Part shown: in pieces, positions 42,551 through 53,652 of the stretch
How the letters are laid out: each line of letters opens with the position of its first letter
Position numbering within the stretch: position 1 is the first letter of the stretch
Source: Candidatus Oxydemutatoraceae bacterium
GTDB lineage: Bacteria; Pseudomonadota; Gammaproteobacteria; Poriferisulfidales; Oxydemutatoraceae
Assembly (NCBI GenBank): GCA_965211995.1
Contig: OZ243040.1
Location: 1,235,363-1,299,362 of the forward strand
Reading direction: 5' to 3'
DNA length: 64,000 nucleotides
The notes under the pieces: model-generated
Seen by the model: the letters and a program-made list of their open reading frames with translations, nothing else
The model's database searches: none
Told to the model about the DNA's origin: nothing
Made by a program: the position numbers and the translations under genes

Positions 42551-42578
42551 CCCCCCCTGAACCGCCCCGAACGGCATC

Positions 42579-43907
42579 GTGAATGATCGCGCGACCCGGC
42601 CCGGCGCCTTTGTCTATCGTTGTTTGTTGCGGCTGCTGTTTCCGGCAATCGCCGCGGGCACGGCCGCGGTCGCACTGCGCGACGGCAGCCTGCGTTATCT
42701 AGCGCAACGTCTCGGGCATTTTCACGCCGTTGCCGCCGCGACGGCACAACCGCTGTGGATCCACTGCGCCTCGGTCGGCGAGACCAACGCCGCGCTGACG
42801 TTCGTCGAGGCGTGGCTCAAACGCCATCCCGGCGATGAGTTTGTGCTGACCACCAACACCGTCACCGCCGCGAAGATGCTCGCCTCGCGCGCACCGACCG
42901 CCGCGTCCGGGCGCGTGCGCCATTGCTATCTGCCGCTCGACTACCCTCTTTTCTGCCGCCGCTTTCTCGACGCAGTCAAGCCGCGCTGCGCCCTGATCAT
43001 CGAGACCGAGATCTGGCTGAACCTGTTTTGCGAATGTCACGGCAGAGGCATCCCGCTGCTCATCATCAACGCGCGCCTGTCACAACGCACGCTCGACGGC
43101 GCACGCCGGTTCAAGGACTACTACCGACAAAGCCTCGCCGCAGTGCAAGCGATACTCGCGCGCAGCGAAAAAGACGCCGCGGCGTTCGCCGCGCTCGGAA
43201 TTGCGGCGGACAAAATCACCGTCACCGGCAATTTGAAACGGGCGGGAAACAAGACGACAACGCTGCCCGACCTGATCGGCAGACGCTACGTCCTCGCGGC
43301 GTCAACTCATGCAGACGAAGAAGTGCAGGCCGCCGAAGCCTGGCGGCGTGCGCTCGCCCGGGGCCAGCCTCCGAGCGAGCGGCTGCTGGTGGTCGCACCG
43401 AGGCACCCGCGGCGCGGGCGTGCAATAGCGCGGCAACTGAAAAAGCGCGGCTTCGACGTGCGACTTAGAAGCCGCACGCAAGCGCCCCCTCAAGCCACAC
43501 CGGCGCGTATATCGGTGTATATCGCCGACACGCTCGGCGAACTGCCGGCGCTGATCCGCCACGCCGACCTCGTCTTCATGGGCGGCTCGCTGGCGCCCGT
43601 CGGCGGACATAACGTGCTCGAACCGGCGCAACTCGGCGTCCCTCAAGTTACCGGCCCGCACACGCACAGTTTTCACGAGGAGGTCGCCGCGCTCAAAGCC
43701 GTGGGCGGCCTGATCGAAGCGCCCGACCAAGACGCACTCGAGGCGGTGTTCCGGGCGGCGCTCGACGACGCGCCCGCGCACGCCGCCGCCGCGGAAAAAG
43801 CCCTGACGCTGATGCGGGAATACGCAGACGTCGTCGCCGCCTACGTCAACCAGGTCGAAGCCGCTGCGGCGGCACTTCACCCAAACTCCGCTTACTCAAA
43901 GCGATAA
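42579..43907 (+). CDS. waaA: 3-deoxy-D-manno-octulosonic acid (Kdo) transferase
   Basis: WIHCASVGETNAALTFVEAWL..., GT30 family. Confidence 0.85.
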   Translation: MNDRATRPGAFVYRCLLRLLFPAIAAGTAAVALRDGSLRYLAQRLGHFHAVAAATAQPLWIHCASVGETNAALTFVEAWLKRHPGDEFVLTTNTVTAAKMLASRAPTAASGRVRHCYLPLDYPLFCRRFLDAVKPRCALIIETEIWLNLFCECHGRGIPLLIINARLSQRTLDGARRFKDYYRQSLAAVQAILARSEKDAAAFAALGIAADKITVTGNLKRAGNKTTTLPDLIGRRYVLAASTHADEEVQAAEAWRRALARGQPPSERLLVVAPRHPRRGRAIARQLKKRGFDVRLRSRTQAPPQATPARISVYIADTLGELPALIRHADLVFMGGSLAPVGGHNVLEPAQLGVPQVTGPHTHSFHEEVAALKAVGGLIEAPDQDALEAVFRAALDDAPAHAAAAEKALTLMREYADVVAAYVNQVEAAAAALHPNSAYSKR

Positions 43908-44623
43908 CCCGCGAGCAGTTCGGAAAAATCCCGGTCTTCGTACATGAAAACAGCCGAGCGCGAGCGCAGTTTCAAAAGAGAGCGCCGCAACCTTTTCAGA
44001 TTGCCCGCAAAACGCGCGGCGCGCGCACCCGCAACGATACGCGCCTTATCAAAATCCACGAGGAAAATCGCTTGCGTGGCGTCGCCGAGCAGAACGTTAT
44101 GCGCGTTGAGATCGGCGTGATGAACGCCCGCAGCGTGAAAACGGCGCAGCACCGCGCCGAGCGCGCGCCAGTGTGCGGCGGGCAAACGCGCCTGCGTGAG
44201 CAGCCGCGACAACGGCCGTGCGTGCAGGCGAAACGTGATCAGATCCGCGCTGTAACACCCGCCGCTGCGGCGATAACGCGCCGCGCACGGTGCCGGCGCG
44301 GGCAGCCCCAGCCGCTGCAATTCGGCCAGCAGCCGCCATTCGCGGAACGAGCGCACCGCCGCCTCCCCGGCGTAACAATAGGTATCGCGGATGAAGCGCC
44401 CTGGCCAGCCGCCGCGCCGGTAATGCTTGAGCACGAACTCGCCGCCCCCGGCCACAGCATCGGCGGTGAAAAAAACCGCGGGTGCACGGCCGCCGTCGGT
44501 CTCCCGCGCCGCACCCGCCCGTTCCAGTGCATCGCGGTCGAACCAGGCGGAAGAAAATCGAGGAACGGCGTCGCCATCGTATAGGATATGCACGCCATCT
44601 TGTCGAATGAATCGCTGTTTCAC
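43892..44623 (-). CDS. kdkA: Kdo kinase KdkA
   Basis: HYRRGGWPGRF...HADLNAHNVLL...FLVDFDKA matches KdkA motifs. Convergent with waaA, overlapping it by 16 nt. A GTG start is proposed to avoid overlap with waaC. The alternative ATG at 44719 gives about 276 aa. Confidence 0.7.
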   Translation of the reverse strand: MKQRFIRQDGVHILYDGDAVPRFSSAWFDRDALERAGAARETDGGRAPAVFFTADAVAGGGEFVLKHYRRGGWPGRFIRDTYCYAGEAAVRSFREWRLLAELQRLGLPAPAPCAARYRRSGGCYSADLITFRLHARPLSRLLTQARLPAAHWRALGAVLRRFHAAGVHHADLNAHNVLLGDATQAIFLVDFDKARIVAGARAARFAGNLKRLRRSLLKLRSRSAVFMYEDRDFSELLAGYRFE

Positions 44624-44635
44624 GCCGATCGAACC

Positions 44636-45691
44636 ATGCCCCGTCCCGCCGCCATCCCCGACAACCCACCCCGGACGATCTGCCTGGTGCGCCTGTCGGC
44701 GATTGGAGACGTCACCCATACGCTGCCGGTGGTTAATACTATCAGGTCTCACTGGCCGCAAACTAAAATCACCTGGGTTATCGGCAAGTCCGAACTCGAA
44801 CTGGTGCGCGACCTGCCCGGCGTGGAGTTCATCACTTTCGACAAGCGCCTCGGTGCGCGCGCTTATCTCAACTTGCGCCGGCAACTGCGCGGCCGCCGCT
44901 TCGACGTGCTGTTGCTGATGCAACTGTCGCTGCGCGCGAACTTGATCCCGCTGTTCGTCACCGCGCCCGTCAGAATGGGTTTCGACCGGCGCCGCGCGAA
45001 AAACCTGCACGGTCTGTTCATCAACCGCAGGATCGAAGCAAAAGCGAACCAACACGTGCTCGACGCCTTCTTCTGCTTCACCGAAGCTTTGGGCATCACC
45101 GAAAGAAGACTCGCGTGGGACCTGTGTTGCGCGGACGAAGAACACGCGTTCGCCGAGAGGGTCCTGCCGGAAACCGGCCGGCATACGCTGCTGATCAGTC
45201 CGTGCTCAAGCCATGCACGCAGAAACTGGCCGCCCGAACGCTACGCCGAGATCGCCGACTACGCCGCCGAAACCCGCGCGCTGCGCGTCGTGCTCACCGG
45301 CGAGCGCAGCGCATGCGACTACGCCCGGCGAATCACCGGCGCAATGCGCACCCGCCCACTCGACCTGACCGGGCGCACGACGTTGCGCCAACTGATGGCC
45401 GTGATCCTGCGCGCCGATATCGTGCTCAGCCCCGACTCCGGCCCGGCGCACCTTGCGACCTGCGCCGGCAAGCCCGTCATCGGTTTGTACGCCGCGAGCA
45501 ACCCCGCCCGCACCGGCCCCTACCTAAGCCGGCGGCAATGCGTCAACCGCTACCCCGACGCGGTGCGCCGCTGCCTCGGCAAGGATTGGCGGACGCTCCC
45601 GTGGGGAACCCGCGTCAACAAATCCGGCGTGATGGAATTAATCACCGTCGCCGACGTGCGCGAAAAGCTCGACGAACTGGTTCAGAGTTAG
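44636..45691 (+). CDS. waaC: ADP-heptose:LPS heptosyltransferase I (GT9)
   Basis: ICLVRLSAIGDVTHTLPVVNTI... GT9 N-terminus, about 350 aa. Confidence 0.8.
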   Translation: MPRPAAIPDNPPRTICLVRLSAIGDVTHTLPVVNTIRSHWPQTKITWVIGKSELELVRDLPGVEFITFDKRLGARAYLNLRRQLRGRRFDVLLLMQLSLRANLIPLFVTAPVRMGFDRRRAKNLHGLFINRRIEAKANQHVLDAFFCFTEALGITERRLAWDLCCADEEHAFAERVLPETGRHTLLISPCSSHARRNWPPERYAEIADYAAETRALRVVLTGERSACDYARRITGAMRTRPLDLTGRTTLRQLMAVILRADIVLSPDSGPAHLATCAGKPVIGLYAASNPARTGPYLSRRQCVNRYPDAVRRCLGKDWRTLPWGTRVNKSGVMELITVADVREKLDELVQS

Positions 45692-45767
45692 AAAACTAAC
45701 GCGAAACTTGCGCCGTCCCCGGCACTGGCCTTTGCGGGGTCACCCGCCCTCGCGGGTCTCTCACCTC

Positions 45768-45859
45768 GGCGGAGAGGGTGGGATTCGAACCCACGTGCCG
45801 GTTTGCACCGACCATCTGATTTCGAGTCAGCGCCGTTATGACCACTTCGGTACCTCTCC
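45768..45859 (-). tRNA. tRNA-Ser (anticodon CGA)
   Basis: The reverse complement GGAGAGGTACCGAAGTGGTCATAACGGCGCTGACTCGAAATCAGATGGTCGGTGCAAACCGGCACGTGGGTTCGAATCCCACCCTCTCCGCC has a long variable arm and CGA in the anticodon loop. Confidence 0.8.
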
Positions 45860-45971
45860 GGCGAGGCCGCAGTATATCTCAGCAAGTTGGCGAAAAAGGC
45901 GGGGCTGGCTCGCGCCGTCCCCGGCGCTCGCTCCTGCGGGATAACCCGCCTCGCGAGTTTTCCAAATCGAC

Positions 45972-46060
45972 TGCCCTGCCGATTTGTCGAAACCCGCGGG
46001 CCGGTTTGCACCGACCCTCCGATTTCGAGTCAGCGCCGTTATGACCTCCGGTGCCTCTCC
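45972..46060 (-). pseudogene. decayed tandem copy of tRNA-Ser(CGA), including its 5' flank
   Basis: GGAGAGGCACCGGAGGTCATAACGGCGCTGACTCGAAATCGGAGGGTCGGTGCAAACCGGCCCGCGGGTTTCGAC... is about 85% identical over the 5' 75 nt, with the anticodon stem and T arm disrupted. The 14 nt upstream of each copy (CCTCGCCGGAGAGG) are also shared. Confidence 0.55.
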
Positions 46061-46278
46061 GGCGAGGCGGCAGGCTGTCTCAGGCGCCGGATTCAAGTTT
46101 GAAGTGCGGCGTTTGCCCGTCATCCTCTGCCCCCGCCCGCGCCGTCTTTGGTATTTCCTCTCCACCGGCCCGGTTGCGCCCGGCCGACTCCCCCTCAAGG
46201 AAGGAGTCATTTCAACAGCCTGCTTTTCTTCCTTTTATCGCGCTTTGGAGCGGAGGTTAGCGGCGCCCGGATGCTCGT

Positions 46279-47466
46279 TTAATGAAGCGGTTCAGTCCCG
46301 CGCCTGACGGCGACCTTCTGCCCGTCGGCGAGTTTGTCCACGTCGTGCAGAACCACGCGCAGGCCCGGCTCAAGACCCGACTCGACGATCACGTTGTCGG
46401 CGATGCGCGCGCCGAGCGACACTCTGATACGTTTCAAAGTGCCGTCGTACTCGGCGAACACGTAAGTATGACCGTCGAGATACTGCACCGCCGCAATCGG
46501 CACGGTGATCACGCCGTTTCGACGCGGCTGCGGCAGGCGCGCACGCGCGGTCATGCCGGCGCGCAACCCGTCATTGGCAACGCGGACGTGCGCCGCGTAA
46601 GTAAAAGTCTCCGGGTCGGGATCCACTTGCAGCGACGTCAACCTGCCTTGGATATTGGACGCGGTTGCTCCCGCCTCCGACAGTTCGATCTCAACGATCT
46701 CGCCGATTGCAAGCGCCGACGCCGTTTCTCCGCCGAGGTGCAGCAGCAGATCGAGTTTCGACACGTCCACCACCGTAGCCGCGACCTGTCCCGCGCCGAC
46801 GTAACTGCCGACCTCGGTAGCGATGCGGTTGACGACCCCCGTGAACGGCGCGACCAATTCGGTTCTTTCGAGATCGCGTTCGGCCCGGTCGCGCTCGGCG
46901 CGGATCAGGTCGAGCCGCGCCTTTGCAACCGACACCGAGTGCGCGATCTCCGCCTCTCCGGACTGCAAACTGATCAGTTCCCGCCGCGACGCGTCGAGCG
47001 ACGACTTTGTCGTGAGGTTCTTGGTGACCAGATCCGCCAAGCGCGCAACTTCCCGCTCTTGCAATTCGCTGCTGTTCTTCGCGAGTACAAGCAGCCGTTT
47101 GTCGCGCCCGACTTCGGCGGCAACCAAATCGAATTCGGCCTGCATTTTAGTCACCGCGTCGCGGTAGTCGCGGTCATCGAGTTTGAGCAAGACCTCGCCC
47201 GCGACAACCGGCTTGCCGGTCGCAACGTATCTGGCTTCGATGCGCCCGGCGACCTCGAACTTCAGGTCGCTGGTTTTAAGCGGCACGAAGCGCCCGGTCA
47301 ACATGCGCCACGGCTGCACGTCGCGCACCTGCAATTCCGACACCGTCACCGCAAGCGGCAAAGTCTCACGCTCGATCAGGCGCGGGCCGGGTTCAGTCAA
47401 AAACACGGCGGTGACCGCCGCGACCGTAATCAATACCGCCAACAGGCTGATGCTCTTCTGCTTCAA
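46279..47466 (-). CDS. efflux periplasmic adaptor subunit (HlyD/RND membrane-fusion-protein family)
   Basis: N-terminal TM anchor, coiled coil, lipoyl and beta-barrel domains. A TTG start with an AGGT RBS is preferred. A TATAAT box overlaps the upstream ATG. No cognate pump gene is adjacent. Confidence 0.7.
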   Translation of the reverse strand: MKQKSISLLAVLITVAAVTAVFLTEPGPRLIERETLPLAVTVSELQVRDVQPWRMLTGRFVPLKTSDLKFEVAGRIEARYVATGKPVVAGEVLLKLDDRDYRDAVTKMQAEFDLVAAEVGRDKRLLVLAKNSSELQEREVARLADLVTKNLTTKSSLDASRRELISLQSGEAEIAHSVSVAKARLDLIRAERDRAERDLERTELVAPFTGVVNRIATEVGSYVGAGQVAATVVDVSKLDLLLHLGGETASALAIGEIVEIELSEAGATASNIQGRLTSLQVDPDPETFTYAAHVRVANDGLRAGMTARARLPQPRRNGVITVPIAAVQYLDGHTYVFAEYDGTLKRIRVSLGARIADNVIVESGLEPGLRVVLHDVDKLADGQKVAVRRGTEPLH

Positions 47467-47665
47467 AGACTTACCTCGCTTGCAGCGAGAACAAAACATT
47501 ATAGCCCCGGCGGCTCTTGTTCCTTCCCGCACAAACCGAGCGCACCGGAAAACCGGAACAAAGCGCTGCAATAAAGTGCGGCTGCGCCGCAGTGGATTCG
47601 TCGGCTCCCCGCCTTTGCGGGAACGGCGATGAAGAGAAAGCGGAGATGGCGGCGAGGTGGCCGGG

Positions 47666-48058
47666 TTATTCGGCGGGGGCGGGCTCTCCGGGGTCTTCGC
47701 GCGGGCGGTCAACCAGTTCGACGAACGCCATCGGCGCGTTGTCGCCGGGGCGGAAGCCGCACTTGAGAATGCGCAGGTAGCCGCCCGGCCGGTCCTGATA
47801 GCGCGGGCCGAGTTCGGTGAACAGTTTGCCGACGGCGCGTTGATCGCGCAATTTTGCAAAGGCGCGGCGGCGCGAGGCGACGGTGTCGCTGCGTGACAGC
47901 GTGATCAGCGGCTCCAGCACGCGCCGCAACTCTTTTGCCCGTTTCAGCGTGGTTTTGATCGCCTCGTGCTCGATCAGCGAGGCGCTCATGTTCATCAGCA
48001 TCGCCTTGCGGCGTGCGTCGGTCATGTTCAGCTTTCTGCCGGCGTGAAGATGGCGCAT
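47666..48058 (-). CDS. rplQ: 50S ribosomal protein L17
   Basis: Direct family match. Confidence 0.95.
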   Translation of the reverse strand: MRHLHAGRKLNMTDARRKAMLMNMSASLIEHEAIKTTLKRAKELRRVLEPLITLSRSDTVASRRRAFAKLRDQRAVGKLFTELGPRYQDRPGGYLRILKCGFRPGDNAPMAFVELVDRPREDPGEPAPAE

Positions 48059-48074
48059 CGCTTAGGCTCCGGCC

Positions 48075-49064
48075 TCAGTGAGGAATGCCGCCCGGCGGCT
48101 CGCGCTGGGGTTCGGGCGGCGACCAGTTCTCAAGGTGCACGCCGAGTTCGAGGTGGTTCACCTTGAGCACGTCCTTGATCTCCTCCAACGACTTCATGCC
48201 GATGTTCGGCGTGCGCTTGAGTTCGGCCTCGGTCTTCTGCACCAGATCGCCGACGCGGTAGATGTATTCGGCCTTGAGGCTGTTGACCGCGCGCCGGCTC
48301 AGACCTAATTCCTCGAGCGACCTCATCAGTATCGGGTTGACCGCGAGATCCAGCGGTCTCTCCTTTTCGGCCTGCATATCCCTGAGGTCCACGAAAGTTT
48401 CGAGTTGCGAGTACAGAATGCGCGCGGCAAACCGCACCGCCTCTTCGGGGTCTATCGTGCCGTCGGTCTCCATCTCGATGATCAATTTATCGAGGTCGGT
48501 GCGTTGTTCCACGCGCGCGCTTTCGACGCTGTAGAAAACCTCGCGCACGGGGCTGAAGCTCGCGTCGAGCAGCAGCGTGCCGATCGGGTGCTCGCCGTCG
48601 GTGCGCGACGCGGGCTGGTAGCCGCGCCCTTTGGCGACTTTCAGCGTCACGTTCAACTCGCCTTTCTCCGACAGGTTGGCGATGACGTGATTACGGTTGG
48701 CGAACTCGACGGTGTCATCGGTCTTGATGTCGGCGGCGGTCACCGCGCCGGCGCCTTTCTTGTTGAGCGTAATGACGGCGGCGTCCTTGTGCCCTATCAC
48801 CGCGAGCTCCTTGAGATTGAGCAGAATGTCGGCGACGTCTTCCTGCACGCCCTCGATCACGGTGTACTCATGCAACACCCCCTCGATCTGCACTTCGACG
48901 ATCGCGTAGCCGGGAATGGAGGACAGCAAAATGCGCCTCAATGCACTGCCGAGCGTGTGCCCGAAACCGCGCTCGAGCGGCTCCAGCGACACCCGCATCC
49001 GGGTGTCCGAAATTCTGCGCACATCTACTATGCGCGGCTTTAACAGCTCATCCTCGTAGGCCAC
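48075..49064 (-). CDS. rpoA: DNA-directed RNA polymerase alpha subunit
   Basis: Direct family match (N-terminal domain plus alpha-CTD). Confidence 0.95.
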   Translation of the reverse strand: MAYEDELLKPRIVDVRRISDTRMRVSLEPLERGFGHTLGSALRRILLSSIPGYAIVEVQIEGVLHEYTVIEGVQEDVADILLNLKELAVIGHKDAAVITLNKKGAGAVTAADIKTDDTVEFANRNHVIANLSEKGELNVTLKVAKGRGYQPASRTDGEHPIGTLLLDASFSPVREVFYSVESARVEQRTDLDKLIIEMETDGTIDPEEAVRFAARILYSQLETFVDLRDMQAEKERPLDLAVNPILMRSLEELGLSRRAVNSLKAEYIYRVGDLVQKTEAELKRTPNIGMKSLEEIKDVLKVNHLELGVHLENWSPPEPQREPPGGIPH

Positions 49065-49114
49065 TCTCCAATCCTCCGCTGGTTTGCAATGATTGCCGCC
49101 GGGAGTCTCGCCGA

Positions 49115-49735
49115 TTACTTGGAATACAGCTCGACCACCAACGACTCGTTAATGTCGCCGGACAATTCGCTTCTTACGGGAATCGCCTTGAACACGCCTT
49201 TCATCTCTTCGCCGTTGACCTCGACCCAGTCCGGAAACCCGATCTGGTCGGTAACGCTCAGCGCGTCTTTTATGCGCAGTTGCCCGCGGGCTTTTGCGGT
49301 CACCGAAATCAGGTCGGACGGATTGACCTGATACGACGGCACGTTGACGGTGTGCCCGTTCACCGCGATCGCCTTGTGCCCGACGAGTTGCCGGCACTCG
49401 GCGCGGGTCGCACCGAAACCCATGCGATAGACGATGTTGTCGAGACGGCATTCGAGCAGTTTCAGCAGGTTTTCGCCGGTCGAACCTTTGCTGCGCGCGG
49501 CCTGCTTGTAGTAGTTGCGGAACTGGCGCTCGAGCACCCCGTAGATGCGGCGCACTTTCTGTTTCTCGCGCAGTTGCACGCCGTAGTCCGACACGCGCGG
49601 CCTGCGGTCGCCGTGCTGCCCCGGCAGTCTTTCCATGTTGCACTTAGAGGCCAGCGAACGCGCGCGCCCCTTAAGCATCAGGTCGGTGCCCTCGCGCCGG
49701 CTCAGCTTGCAGGTTGCTCCGCGGTAACGCGCCAT
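49115..49735 (-). CDS. rpsD: 30S ribosomal protein S4
   Basis: Direct family match. Confidence 0.95.
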   Translation of the reverse strand: MARYRGATCKLSRREGTDLMLKGRARSLASKCNMERLPGQHGDRRPRVSDYGVQLREKQKVRRIYGVLERQFRNYYKQAARSKGSTGENLLKLLECRLDNIVYRMGFGATRAECRQLVGHKAIAVNGHTVNVPSYQVNPSDLISVTAKARGQLRIKDALSVTDQIGFPDWVEVNGEEMKGVFKAIPVRSELSGDINESLVVELYSK

Positions 49736-49748
49736 CGTCCCGGTCTCT

Positions 49749-50150
49749 CTACACGCGCCGGCGCTTGGGCGGGCGGCAGCCGTTGTGCGGAATCGGCGTC
49801 ACGTCGGTGATGCTGGTGATCTTGAAGCCGACCGCGTTCAACGCGCGCGCCGCCGATTCGCGCCCCGGCCCCGGCCCGCGCACGTTCACCTCGAGATGCT
49901 TGATCCCGAACTCAACCGCCGCGCGTCCGGCGCGGTCGGCCGCGACCTGCGCGGCAAACGGCGTGCTCTTGCGCGAACCGCGAAAGCCCGACGACCCCGC
50001 GGTCGCCCAGCACAGGGCGTTGCCCTCGCGGTCGGTGATCATCACGATGGTGTTGTTGAAAGTCGAAGTGATGTGCGCCACCGCCTCGGAAACCATTTTC
50101 CGCGCCTTTTTGCGGCTGCGCCCTTTTTTCGCCATCTTTGCCATCGCCAT
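49749..50150 (-). CDS. rpsK: 30S ribosomal protein S11
   Basis: Direct family match. Confidence 0.95.
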   Translation of the reverse strand: MAMAKMAKKGRSRKKARKMVSEAVAHITSTFNNTIVMITDREGNALCWATAGSSGFRGSRKSTPFAAQVAADRAGRAAVEFGIKHLEVNVRGPGPGRESAARALNAVGFKITSITDVTPIPHNGCRPPKRRRV

Positions 50151-50507
50151 CTATCTCTTGATCGGTTTGCGCGGGCCTTTGCGTCCGCGCGCGTTGGTGC
50201 GCGTCCTTTGCCCGCGCACCGGCAGGCCGCGACGATGCCGGACGCCACGGTAACAGCCGAGGTCTCTGAGGCGCTTGATATTGAGATTGATCTCACGCCG
50301 CAGATCGCCCTCGATCAGGTACTTGACGACTTCCTTGCGCAAGTTTTCAAGGTCGGACTCGGGCAGGTCTTTGATCACCACGTCGTACTTGACGTTGCCG
50401 ACGGCGCAGATCTTGCGCGCGGTGCTTCTGCCGATGCCGAAGATCGCCGTCAACGCCACTTCGGCGTGCTTGCGATCGGGAATATTGATGCCTGCTATGC
50501 GTGCCAC
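50151..50507 (-). CDS. rpsM: 30S ribosomal protein S13
   Basis: Direct family match. Confidence 0.95.
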   Translation of the reverse strand: MARIAGINIPDRKHAEVALTAIFGIGRSTARKICAVGNVKYDVVIKDLPESDLENLRKEVVKYLIEGDLRREINLNIKRLRDLGCYRGVRHRRGLPVRGQRTRTNARGRKGPRKPIKR

Positions 50508-50644
50508 GACGTTGGCTCCCGGCCCGTCCGGGAATTCCGGATAGACAAAAAGGCGAAATTATAAACGAAGTCGCGGCGTCCATCCAACGCACAGCACCGA
50601 TCGCCGCCGCCGTGGCCATATTCGCGGGTCATCCCTCGTCTCTT

Positions 50645-50758
50645 CATTCCGGCGTCACCCCTGGCGCTGCTTGTGACGCGGGTCGGTGCAGATCACCCGC
50701 ACCACGCCCCTGCGGCGGATCAGTTTGCAATTCCTGCAGATCTTCTTGACCGAGGCTC
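50645..50758 (-). CDS. rpmJ: 50S ribosomal protein L36
   Basis: [37 protein letters not shown], 37 aa. Not in the ORF track because it is shorter than 60 aa. Confidence 0.9.
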
Positions 50759-50778
50759 TGACTTTCATCGCATCTGCC

Positions 50779-52119
50779 TCAACGAATAACCTTGCCGACC
50801 CCGCCGCGCCGTTGCGACTTGAGGTTGGCTTTCTTGAGCAGGCCCTCGTATTGGTGCGACAGCACGTACGACTGCACCTGCGCCATGAAGTCCATGATCA
50901 CGACAACGATGATCAGCAGCGAAGTGCCGCCGAAGTAAAACGGCACGTTCCAAGACAGGATCAGAAACTCGGGCAGCAGACACACCAGCGTGATGTAGAT
51001 CGCGCCCGCGGCGGTCAGCCGGCTGAGGATGCCGTCTATGTAGCGCGCGGTCTGCTCGCCCGGGCGGATACCCGGCACGAAAGCGCCGCCGCGCTTGAGA
51101 TTGTCCGCGGTGTCGCGCGCGTCGAACACGATCGCGGTGTAGAAAAAGCAGAAAAACACGATCGCGAGCGCATAAAACGCGATGTAGAGAGGCTGTCCGG
51201 GCGACAGCGCCGTGGCGAAGCCACCGAGCCAACCGAACCCCTGGGCGTTGCCGAACCATTGCCCGAGCGTCGCCGGAAACAGGATGATGCTCGACGCGAA
51301 AATCGGCGGGATCACGCCGGCCATGTTCAATTTAAGCGGCAAATGACTCGCCTGCGCCGCGTACATGCCGCGCTGGCGCCGTGCGTAGTTCACGGTCACC
51401 CGGCGCTGGCCTCTTTCGACGAACACGACAAAGCCCGTCACCGCGATTGCGAGCACGAACAGCAAAATCACGAACGCCGAGGACAGTTCGCCGGTGTTGG
51501 CAAGTTCCAAAGTGCCGCCGGCCGCGGCCGGCAGACCGGCGACGATGCCCGCGAAGATGATGATCGAAATGCCGTTGCCGATGCCGCGCTCGTTGATCTG
51601 CTCGCCGAGCCACATCAAAAACATCGTGCCGGTCACGAGCGAGACCGCAACGACGAAGATGAAGCCCGCGCCCGATACGAACGCGACGCCCTGCGTCTGC
51701 AACGCAACCGAGACGCCGACCGCCTGAAAGGTTGCGAGCAGCACCGTGCCGTAGCGCGTGTACTGCATGATCACGCGCCGGCCGCGCTCGCCCTCTTTTT
51801 TGAGTTCCTTGAGCGACGGGATCACCACCGTCATCAATTGCATGATGATCGAAGACGAAATGTACGGCATCACCCCGAGCGCGAACAGGCTCAGCCGCTC
51901 GAGTGCGCCGCCCGAAAACATATTGAACAGGTCGAGTATCGTGCCGCTGTTCTGATCGAAGAACCGCGCCATCGCTTCGGGGTTGATGCCCGGCGCGGGA
52001 ATGAAACTGCCGATGCGGTAGATCACCATCACCAGCAGCACAAAGCCGATGCGCCTGCGCAACTCGCCGACGCGATTGACTTTCGCAAGCGCGGCGAGTC
52101 CCTGCGGCGTCGCTGACAT
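50779..52119 (-). CDS. secY: preprotein translocase SecY
   Basis: Ten-TM SecY family. Start at MSATPQGL. Confidence 0.95.
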   Translation of the reverse strand: MSATPQGLAALAKVNRVGELRRRIGFVLLVMVIYRIGSFIPAPGINPEAMARFFDQNSGTILDLFNMFSGGALERLSLFALGVMPYISSSIIMQLMTVVIPSLKELKKEGERGRRVIMQYTRYGTVLLATFQAVGVSVALQTQGVAFVSGAGFIFVVAVSLVTGTMFLMWLGEQINERGIGNGISIIIFAGIVAGLPAAAGGTLELANTGELSSAFVILLFVLAIAVTGFVVFVERGQRRVTVNYARRQRGMYAAQASHLPLKLNMAGVIPPIFASSIILFPATLGQWFGNAQGFGWLGGFATALSPGQPLYIAFYALAIVFFCFFYTAIVFDARDTADNLKRGGAFVPGIRPGEQTARYIDGILSRLTAAGAIYITLVCLLPEFLILSWNVPFYFGGTSLLIIVVVIMDFMAQVQSYVLSHQYEGLLKKANLKSQRRGGVGKVIR

Positions 52120-52132
52120 TACCCGGCTCCCC

Positions 52133-52579
52133 TCACTCGGCCTCGATCCTGCCGCCCGCGCGCGCAATCGCTTGCGCGGCGCCGGCGGTCGCGGCGAGAC
52201 CTTTCAAAACCACCGGCCTGGTGATCTCGCCCGCAAGGATCACCTTGGCGCGTTTGGCCGCAGCGGGAATCAGCCCGGCGGCGTGCAACGCCCGCATATC
52301 AATCACCTCGGCTTCGACCCGCGCGAGTTCATGCAGACGCACCTGCGCAGTCAACCCCGCCCGCGGCGAGCGAAAGCCGATCTTAGGCAAGCGCCGCTGC
52401 AACGGCATCTGTCCGCCTTCAAAACCGACCCTGGCGCCCCCGCCCGCCCGCGAACACTGCCCCTTGTGGCCGCGGCCGCAGGTCTTGCCGAAGCCGGAGC
52501 CGTTGCCGCGACCGACGCGGCGGCGCGATCGGTGGCTGCCGGCGGCGGGCTTCAATGAGTTGAGCTTGAGTTCAGGCAT
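52133..52579 (-). CDS. rplO: 50S ribosomal protein L15
   Basis: Direct family match. Confidence 0.95.
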   Translation of the reverse strand: MPELKLNSLKPAAGSHRSRRRVGRGNGSGFGKTCGRGHKGQCSRAGGGARVGFEGGQMPLQRRLPKIGFRSPRAGLTAQVRLHELARVEAEVIDMRALHAAGLIPAAAKRAKVILAGEITRPVVLKGLAATAGAAQAIARAGGRIEAE

Positions 52580-52754
52580 CTTCCACCTTCAGCATATATT
52601 GCACTTTGTTGATCATGCCGCGGTTCTCGGGCGTGTCGTCCACCACCACCGCATGGTGCATCCGGCGCAGGCCGAGGCCCCTGACGCAAGCCTGGTGCTT
52701 GTGCAGCCTGCCGGCGGTGCTGCGCACCAGCGTAACTTTGAGTTGTCCCGCCAT
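52572..52754 (-). CDS. rpmD: 50S ribosomal protein L30
   Basis: Direct family match. Confidence 0.95.
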   Translation of the reverse strand: MAGQLKVTLVRSTAGRLHKHQACVRGLGLRRMHHAVVVDDTPENRGMINKVQYMLKVEDA

Positions 52755-52769
52755 CTTCGTCTTCCCGCG

Positions 52770-53279
52770 TTACCCGGCGGTGATCTCCGCGACCGGTTTG
52801 CCGCGCTTCGCCGCGATCTGCCGCGGCGACTTCATCCGCCGCAAGCCTTCGAAAGTCGCGCGCACCACGTTGATCGGATTGCGCGAACCGATGCTCTTGG
52901 CGAGCACGTCCTTGACGCCGAGCACTTCAAAAACCGCGCGCATCGGGCCGCCGGCGATGATGCCGGTCCCCGGAGACGCGGGCTGTATGATCACCTTGGC
53001 GGCACCGTGATTGCTGACGGTCGGGTAATGGAACGTGCCGTTGCGCAGCGGCACTTCGATCATGTCCTTGCGCGCCGCCTCCATCGCTTTCTGGATCGCC
53101 GGCGGCACTTCCCTGGCCTTGCCGTAGCCGAGACCGACTTTGCCGTTGCCGTCGCCGACCACGGTCAGCGCGGTGAAACCGAACTGCCTGCCGCCCTTGA
53201 TCACCTTGGCCACGCGGTTCACCGTGACCAGTTTCTCGAGATAGCCGTCCGTCAGTTCCGCTTTTTCTATGTTTGACAC
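52770..53279 (-). CDS. rpsE: 30S ribosomal protein S5
   Basis: Direct family match. Confidence 0.95.
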   Translation of the reverse strand: MSNIEKAELTDGYLEKLVTVNRVAKVIKGGRQFGFTALTVVGDGNGKVGLGYGKAREVPPAIQKAMEAARKDMIEVPLRNGTFHYPTVSNHGAAKVIIQPASPGTGIIAGGPMRAVFEVLGVKDVLAKSIGSRNPINVVRATFEGLRRMKSPRQIAAKRGKPVAEITAG

Positions 53280-53289
53280 CGCTGCCTCC

Positions 53290-53652
53290 TCAGAATTTCA
53301 GCCCGTGACTGCGCGCCGCTTCGGCCAGCGCCTTAATCCGCCCGTGATATTGAAACCCGGAACGGTCGAAAGCGACGCGTTCAACGCCTTTCCCCTGCGC
53401 GCGCTTGGCGATCAACTCCCCGACTTTTTCGGCGGCCTCGATCTTGCCCGGCCGCTTGCGCACCGGCGCGGCGGCTTTCTCCAAAGTCGAGGCGGCCGCC
53501 AACGTCGAAGCGCCGTCGGGCGCGATGATCTGCGCGTAAATATGCCGCGGTGTGCGGTTGACGCACAACCGGTGGACGCTGAGCCTGCGCGCACGGGAGC
53601 GTGCTTTGTGCGCGCGCCTCAATCTGGCGTTCTTCTTGTCCGCGTCGCTCAC
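53290..53652 (-). CDS. rplR: 50S ribosomal protein L18
   Basis: Direct family match. Confidence 0.95.
   Translation of the reverse strand: MSDADKKNARLRRAHKARSRARRLSVHRLCVNRTPRHIYAQIIAPDGASTLAAASTLEKAAAPVRKRPGKIEAAEKVGELIAKRAQGKGVERVAFDRSGFQYHGRIKALAEAARSHGLKF

Noticed and set aside
44600-44740. Apparent overlap of divergent kdkA and waaC start regions
   Set aside because: This is resolved by choosing the internal GTG for kdkA (which matches KdkA length and N-terminal alignment). The remaining gap of about 12 nt is tight but does not need a special explanation.
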